In this document: in pieces, positions 59,290-64,000 of the stretch
How positions within the stretch are numbered: the first letter of the stretch is position 1
Layout of the letters: the number at the start of each line of letters is the position of its first letter
NCBI GenBank assembly: GCA_963836275.1
Contig: CAWIIM010000003.1
Span: 66,065-130,064, forward strand
DNA: 64,000 nt
Origin: an uncultured Gammaproteobacteria bacterium
Lineage (GTDB): Bacteria > Pseudomonadota > Gammaproteobacteria > Steroidobacterales > Steroidobacteraceae
Reading direction: 5' to 3'
Translations under genes and position numbers: made by a program
Notes under the pieces: generated by a model
The model's input: the letters and a program-made list of their open reading frames with translations, nothing else
What the model was told of the DNA's origin: nothing
Database searches by the model: none

Positions 59290-60759
59290 GCCTCGCGAAA
59301 CCCGAACCGCTCATCTTCGAGCTGCTCGCGGCCCGGGCGCGGCGCGACGGCGCAGTACCCGGCCGCGGCGCCGGGGCGAAGTTCCGCAGGCGTTCCGGCG
59401 CCAGCAACGGCCGCCGCTGCCGGAAGTGTCGGAACTGCAGGCAGTGCGCCACTACACCCGGCTGTCGCAGCTCAACTTCTCGCATCGACACGCACTTCTA
59501 TCCGCTCGGCTCCTGCACGATGAAGTACAACCCGCGGGCCTGCAATTCGCTCGCGATGCTGCCGGGCTTCCTCGGCCGCCATCCGCTCGCGCCCGCGGCG
59601 ACGGGACAGGGCGTCATCGCCTGCCTGTTCGAGCTGCAGGAGATGCTGAAGCAGGTGACCGGCATGGCCGGCGTATCGCTGACGCCCATGGCCGGCGCGC
59701 AGGGCGAATTCGCGGGCGTCGCGATGATCCGTGCCTATCACCGCGCGCGCGGCGACTTCGCGCGCAATGAAATCATCGTTCCCGACGCGGCGCACGGCAC
59801 CAATCCGGCGACGGCCACGATGTGCGGCATGAAGGTGCGGGAGATCGCCGACGCTGCCGACGGCGACGTGGACCTCGCCGCGCTCGAAGCGGCGCTCTCG
59901 CCGGCGACCGCGGGCATCATGCTGACCAACCCGAGCACGCTCGGCGTGTTCGAGCGGCGCATCGTCGAGATCGCCGGCAAGCGTGCACGAGGCCGGCGGG
60001 CTCCTGTACTACGACGGCGCCAACCTGAACGCGATCCTCGGCAAGGTGCGTCCGGGCGACATGGGCTTCGACGTGATCCACATGAACCTGCACAAGACCT
60101 TCTCGACGCCGCACGGCGGCGGCGGTCCGGGCTCCGGCGCCGTCGGCGTCGGCCGGCGCCTGCTCCCGTACCTGCCGGTGCCGGTCGTGGCTCGCGACGG
60201 CGAGCGCTATCGCTGGCTCGACGAGCGCGACCTGCCGGAGTCGATCGGCCGCCTGTCCGGCTTCATGGGCAATGCCGGCGTGCTCCTCCGCGCCTGGGTC
60301 TACATGCGGATCCTGGGAGCCGCCGGCATGCGGCGCGTCGCGGAATACTCGACGCTGAACGCCAACTATCTGCTGGCGCGACTGGTCGAGGCGGGTTTCG
60401 ATGCCGCCTACCCGGGCCGCCGCGCGAGCCACGAGTTCATCATCACGCTCAAGCGCCAGGCGCGCGAGCAGGGCGTCACGGCCATGGATTTTGCCAAGCG
60501 TCTGCTCGATCACGGGTACCATGCCCCTACGACCTATTTTCCGTTGCTGGTCCCGGAGTGCCTCCTGATCGAGCCGACCGAGTCCGAGACGCGCGAGGAG
60601 CTCGACGGTTTCGTCGAGGCGCTCATCGCGATCCGCCGAGAGGCCGAAACGGACCCGGCGACCGTAAAGTCGGCGCCGCACACGATGCCGGTGCGGCGGC
60701 TCGACGACGTGCGGGCGGCGCGCCAGCTCGACGTCGCCTGGAAACCGGCCCTCGCGTGA
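59286..60759 (+). pseudogene. gcvPB: Glycine dehydrogenase (decarboxylating) subunit 2 (GcvPB), disrupted as assembled by three frame changes
   Basis: [23 protein letters not shown]... Near 59377 the homology moves one frame back: [35 protein letters not shown]. An extra nt near 59483 follows, then [17 protein letters not shown]...[19 protein letters not shown]. An extra nt near 59982 follows, then [50 protein letters not shown]... to the stop at 60759. Confidence 0.85.
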
Positions 60760-61133
60760 CGACGCGCCCGGACAAGAGCACCACGGGTCCGGTGCGCCTG
60801 TCGCGCGCGTTCGCCAGCACCTGGCGCGGCTTCCGCGCAGCCTGGCGCGAAGAGGAGGCCTTTCGCCAGGAGTGCCTGCTCGCTCTCGCCGTGGTGCCGC
60901 TTGGGATCTGGCTCGGCCGGGACGGGATCGAGCGTGCGCTCCTGGTCGGGCCGATGTTCGTCGTGCTGGCGATCGAACTCGTCAACAGCGCCGTGGAGGC
61001 GACCGTCGACCGCATCGGCGTCGAGCGCCATCCGCTGTCGGCGATCGCGAAGGAACTCGGCTCGGCCGCCGTCTTCGTGGCGTTCTCGCTGCTCGCACTC
61101 AACTGGCTGCTGGTGCTCGGATGGCCGCGCTAG
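60756..61133 (+). CDS. dgkA: Diacylglycerol kinase
   Basis: GTG start (GTGA overlap with the gcvPB stop). ...[23 protein letters not shown]...[19 protein letters not shown]...ELGSAAV... aligns along E. coli DgkA. Confidence 0.88.
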   Translation: MTTRPDKSTTGPVRLSRAFASTWRGFRAAWREEEAFRQECLLALAVVPLGIWLGRDGIERALLVGPMFVVLAIELVNSAVEATVDRIGVERHPLSAIAKELGSAAVFVAFSLLALNWLLVLGWPR

Positions 61134-62056
61134 TCTGCGGCTCGCTCGCCTATGACACGGTGATGGTCTACCCGGGCCGTTTCCGGGAGCACATCCTGCC
61201 GGATAAGATCCACCTGCTGAACGTATCGTTCGTGGTGCCGACTCTGCGGCGTTACTTCGGGGGATGCGCCGGCAATGTCGCCTACAACCTGCGCCTGCTC
61301 GACTGCCCGGGACATGCGATGGGCACGGTCGGCCACGATTTCGGGCCTTACCGCGAGTGGATGACGAAGCACGGCATGTCGCTGCAGCACGTGAAGCCGC
61401 TCGCGGACGAGTACACCGCGCAGGCCTACATCACGACCGACCTGGATGCGAACCAGATCACGGCCTTCCACCCGGGCGCGATGACGCACTCCTGGCGGCA
61501 ATCGGTGCCGGCGGACGGCAGCATCACGATCGGCGTCTGCGCGCCCGACGGTCGCGAAGGCATGATCGCGCACGCGACGCAGTTCGCGGCGGCGAAGATA
61601 CCCTTCGTATTCGACCCTGGCCAGGCGATGACGCTGTTCGGCGGCCCGGAGCTGCGGCAATTCGTCGAGCAGGCGACCTGGGTCACGGTCAACGACTACG
61701 AGGCGAACCTGCTCGAGGAACGCACCGGCCTTTCCACCGGGGAACTTGCCGGACGCGTCGCGGCCTACGTAGTGACGCGCGGCGCTGACGGCTCGATCGT
61801 GCACGCGGGCGGGCGCCGGATCGAGATTCCCGCGGTCCCGGCAGCGGCGGTGGTAGACCCGACCGGCTGCGGAGACGCCTATCGTGCGGGCCTCGTGTTC
61901 GGTCTGTTGCGCGGCATCGACTGGGAAACGACCGGGCGCATCGCGTCGCTGATGGGCGCGATCAAGATCGCGACTGCCGGTACCCAGCACCATGACTTCA
62001 CGCTCGACGAGTTCAGGAACCGCTTTCATGAAACTTTCGGCTATCGCATGGACTGA
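61121..62056 (+). CDS. PfkB-family carbohydrate/nucleoside kinase (adenosine-kinase-like)
   Basis: [15 protein letters not shown]...[11 protein letters not shown]..., ...[13 protein letters not shown]... (PfkB signature 2). Confidence 0.82.
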   Translation: MAALVCGSLAYDTVMVYPGRFREHILPDKIHLLNVSFVVPTLRRYFGGCAGNVAYNLRLLDCPGHAMGTVGHDFGPYREWMTKHGMSLQHVKPLADEYTAQAYITTDLDANQITAFHPGAMTHSWRQSVPADGSITIGVCAPDGREGMIAHATQFAAAKIPFVFDPGQAMTLFGGPELRQFVEQATWVTVNDYEANLLEERTGLSTGELAGRVAAYVVTRGADGSIVHAGGRRIEIPAVPAAAVVDPTGCGDAYRAGLVFGLLRGIDWETTGRIASLMGAIKIATAGTQHHDFTLDEFRNRFHETFGYRMD

Positions 62057-64000
62057 GGGGAGGGGGCGGCGGCTCGCCGCCGCGGCGGCCGTGCTGATGC
62101 TCGCAACGACGATTGCGCGGGCCCAGCAGGAGCCGCAGTCCCAGCCGCTGCCGCCGCCGCCGGAACAGGCCCGGCCCGGGCCCCTGCCCCGGCCGCAGGA
62201 ACCGCAGCTGCCGGCGCAGGCGCCGCCGCTTCTGCAACCGCAGCTCCCGGCGATGCCGCTGCCGCAGCCGATCGAGTTCGAGGATTCCTCGCGCTGGACG
62301 CGGACGCTCGAGCGCATATCGACAGGCGTCGTGGCGATCCAGATCGACGCCGCGCGCGCCTTCGACACGGAATGGAACACGTCGGCGCAGGCGACCGGAT
62401 TCGTCGTGGACGCCGAGCACGGCCTGATCCTCACGAACCGGCACGTCGTGACGCCGGGCCCGGTCAAGGCGTTCGCGACCTTTCTCAACCGCGAGGAAGT
62501 CGAGCTCGAACCCGTCTACCGCGACCCGATTCACGACTTCGGCTTCTATCGGTACGACCCGTCGAAACTCCGGTTCATCCAGCCGGCCGAACTGCCGCTG
62601 TACCCGGAAGGCGCGCAGGTCGGCGTCGAGATCCGCGTCGTCGGCAACGACGCGGGCGAGCAGCTCTCGATCCTCGCGGGCACGCTGGCGCGCCTCGACC
62701 GCCAGGCGCCGGAATACGGCATCGGCCGCTACAACGATTTCAATACCTTCTACTACCAGGCCGCTTCCGGCACCTCGGGCGGCTCTTCCGGCTCGCCGGT
62801 GATCGACATCCGCGGCCGCGTGCTCGCGCTCAACGCCGGCGGATCGACCGGCGCGGCCTCGAGCTTCTACCTGCCGCTGACGCGCGTGGTGCGGGCGCTG
62901 AAACTCATCCAGGCGAAGCAGCCGGTCGCGCGCGGCACGCTGCAGACGATTTTCGAGTACACGCCCTACGACGAGCTGCGCCGCCTCGGGCTGCCGCCCG
63001 CGGTCGAGCAGTTGGCGCGCAAGACGTCGCCGGCGCGTACCGGCATGCTGGTCGTGACGGAAGTCCAGCCGGGCGCGGCCGCCGACGGGCAACTCGCGGT
63101 CGGCGACGTGCTGATTGCGGTCGACGGCAAGCCGATGTCGGATTTCGACGCCCTCAATGTGCTTCTCGACGACAACGTGGGCAAGGACATCGAGCTGTCC
63201 GTGGTGCGCGGCGGCGGCACGCGCAAGGTCACGCTGCCGGTCCTGGACCTGCACTCGATCACGCCTGCCGATTACCTCGAGATCGGCGACGGCATCCTGC
63301 ACACGCTCTCCTGGCAGATGGCCCGTCACATGAACGTGCCGATCTCCGGCGTCTACGTGGCGAACCCCGGCTACATGCTCGGCGTCGCCGGAATTCCGCG
63401 CGGCGCGGTCATGACCGAGCTGGACGGCAAGCCCCTGCGGAACCTCGACGACGCCCTCGCGATCTTCAGGACGCTCGGCCACGGCCAGCGCGCGACCGCC
63501 CGCTATTTCACGATGGAGGACACGCGCACGCCGCAGCTCGCCTCGATCCGCGTCGACCGCGCCTGGTTCCCGGCGCGCCATTGCGTGCGCGACGACGCCG
63601 TCGGCCTGTGGCCCTGCACGCCGATCGAGGCCGGCCCCGACGCGCCGCCGCCCCGGCCCGAGAGCACGGTCTTCACGCGCACCGGCGACAAGCTGGTGGA
63701 CGAGTACGCGCCCTCGCTGGTGCTGGTCGAGTTCAACATGCCCTACTCGGTGTCGGGCGTGACCGAACGGAATTACCACGGCACCGGCGTCGTGCTGGAC
63801 CCGGTGAGGGGACTGGTCGCAGTGGACCGCAACACGGTGCCCGTCTCGCTCGGCGACGTGCGCCTGACATTTGCCGGCACCGTCCAGGTGGACGGAACGG
63901 TCGAGTACGTGCATCCGCTGCACAATCTCGCCGTCATCCGCTACGATCCGCGCCAGCTCGGCACAACGCCGGTCAAGGCCGTGCATTTCTCCGAGCGCAT
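62028..64000 (+). CDS. Secreted trypsin-like serine protease with PDZ domain(s) (HtrA/Nma111-like), 3' end beyond the window
   Basis: My own translation: [34 protein letters not shown], then a Pro/Gln-rich linker, ...GFVVDAEHGLILTNRHVV..., ...DFGFYRYD..., ...ASGTSGGSSGSPVID... (catalytic H/D/S), and PDZ-like ...GMLVVTEVQPGAAADGQLAVGDVLIAVDGKP... It is open-ended, so it is absent from the ORF track. The exact start is uncertain. Confidence 0.85.
   Translation, partial: MKLSAIAWTEGRGRRLAAAAAVLMLATTIARAQQEPQSQPLPPPPEQARPGPLPRPQEPQLPAQAPPLLQPQLPAMPLPQPIEFEDSSRWTRTLERISTGVVAIQIDAARAFDTEWNTSAQATGFVVDAEHGLILTNRHVVTPGPVKAFATFLNREEVELEPVYRDPIHDFGFYRYDPSKLRFIQPAELPLYPEGAQVGVEIRVVGNDAGEQLSILAGTLARLDRQAPEYGIGRYNDFNTFYYQAASGTSGGSSGSPVIDIRGRVLALNAGGSTGAASSFYLPLTRVVRALKLIQAKQPVARGTLQTIFEYTPYDELRRLGLPPAVEQLARKTSPARTGMLVVTEVQPGAAADGQLAVGDVLIAVDGKPMSDFDALNVLLDDNVGKDIELSVVRGGGTRKVTLPVLDLHSITPADYLEIGDGILHTLSWQMARHMNVPISGVYVANPGYMLGVAGIPRGAVMTELDGKPLRNLDDALAIFRTLGHGQRATARYFTMEDTRTPQLASIRVDRAWFPARHCVRDDAVGLWPCTPIEAGPDAPPPRPESTVFTRTGDKLVDEYAPSLVLVEFNMPYSVSGVTERNYHGTGVVLDPVRGLVAVDRNTVPVSLGDVRLTFAGTVQVDGTVEYVHPLHNLAVIRYDPRQLGTTPVKAVHFSER

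Noticed and set aside
57773-61133. Track ORFs 57773..59770 (665 aa) and 58728..61133 (801 aa) taken at face value
   Set aside because: They are chimeras. Each contains genuine GcvPA, GcvPB or DgkA segments joined to long Arg-rich out-of-frame read-through created by the indels. I re-partitioned them into gcvPA, gcvPB and dgkA.
62100-62290. Pro/Gln-rich repetitive segment (QPQLP-like) at the protease N-terminus as a possible repeat element
   Set aside because: It is a low-complexity linker after the signal peptide, in frame with the protease. It is not a nucleotide-level tandem repeat.
62013-63986. 657-aa minus-strand ORF
   Set aside because: It is antisense to the open-ended plus-strand serine protease/PDZ gene, which has the catalytic H/D/S motifs.

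Overview
This is a high-GC (about 68-70% by eye), densely packed window of core chromosome, and I did not find a convincing new multi-gene system in it. There are no CRISPR arrays, transposases, integrases, phage genes or recognisable defence or toxin genes. The gene order is gammaproteobacterial: uvrA / MFS-ssb, miaB-phoH-ybeY-corC-lnt-leuS-lptE ... holA-nadD-rsfS-rlmH-maf-yhdP-tldD, purEK, yjgA/pmbA, purC, djlA-rpe, crp, coq7, rplM-rpsI-tRNA-Gln, rpiA, zapA-6S RNA / ygfB-pepP-ubiH-ubiI, ispG, and a glycine-riboswitch-controlled gcvT-gcvH-gcvPA-gcvPB operon.

All product calls come from reading the translations and from remembered family motifs and synteny. No searches were run. Because of the GC content, almost every real gene is shadowed by long Arg/Ala-rich antisense ORFs in the track. 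I rejected those.

Observations worth a second look:
1. A dispersed family of inverted-repeat doublets resembling REP doublets (REPINs), with core GGGGACAGTCACC. They sit at gene 3' ends, look like bidirectional terminators, and in several cases supply the stop codon or C-terminal residues of the flanking genes.
2. Five single-nucleotide frame disruptions within about 1.3 kb of gcvPA/gcvPB, behind an intact tandem glycine riboswitch, plus one frameshift in the essential leuS.
3. An ExeA-like AAA+ ATPase fused to a C-terminal FHA domain, 37 nt downstream of purEK on the same strand.
4. A 15-codon lysine-rich mini-ORF with its own promoter, followed by an intrinsic terminator about 20 nt upstream of rpiA.
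5. An orphan intrinsic terminator in the purEK upstream region.
6. An MFS transporter carrying an inserted glutaredoxin-like segment, in a translationally coupled DUF885-ispG-phhB-MFS cluster.
7. A c-type cytochrome with a CX3CH motif.
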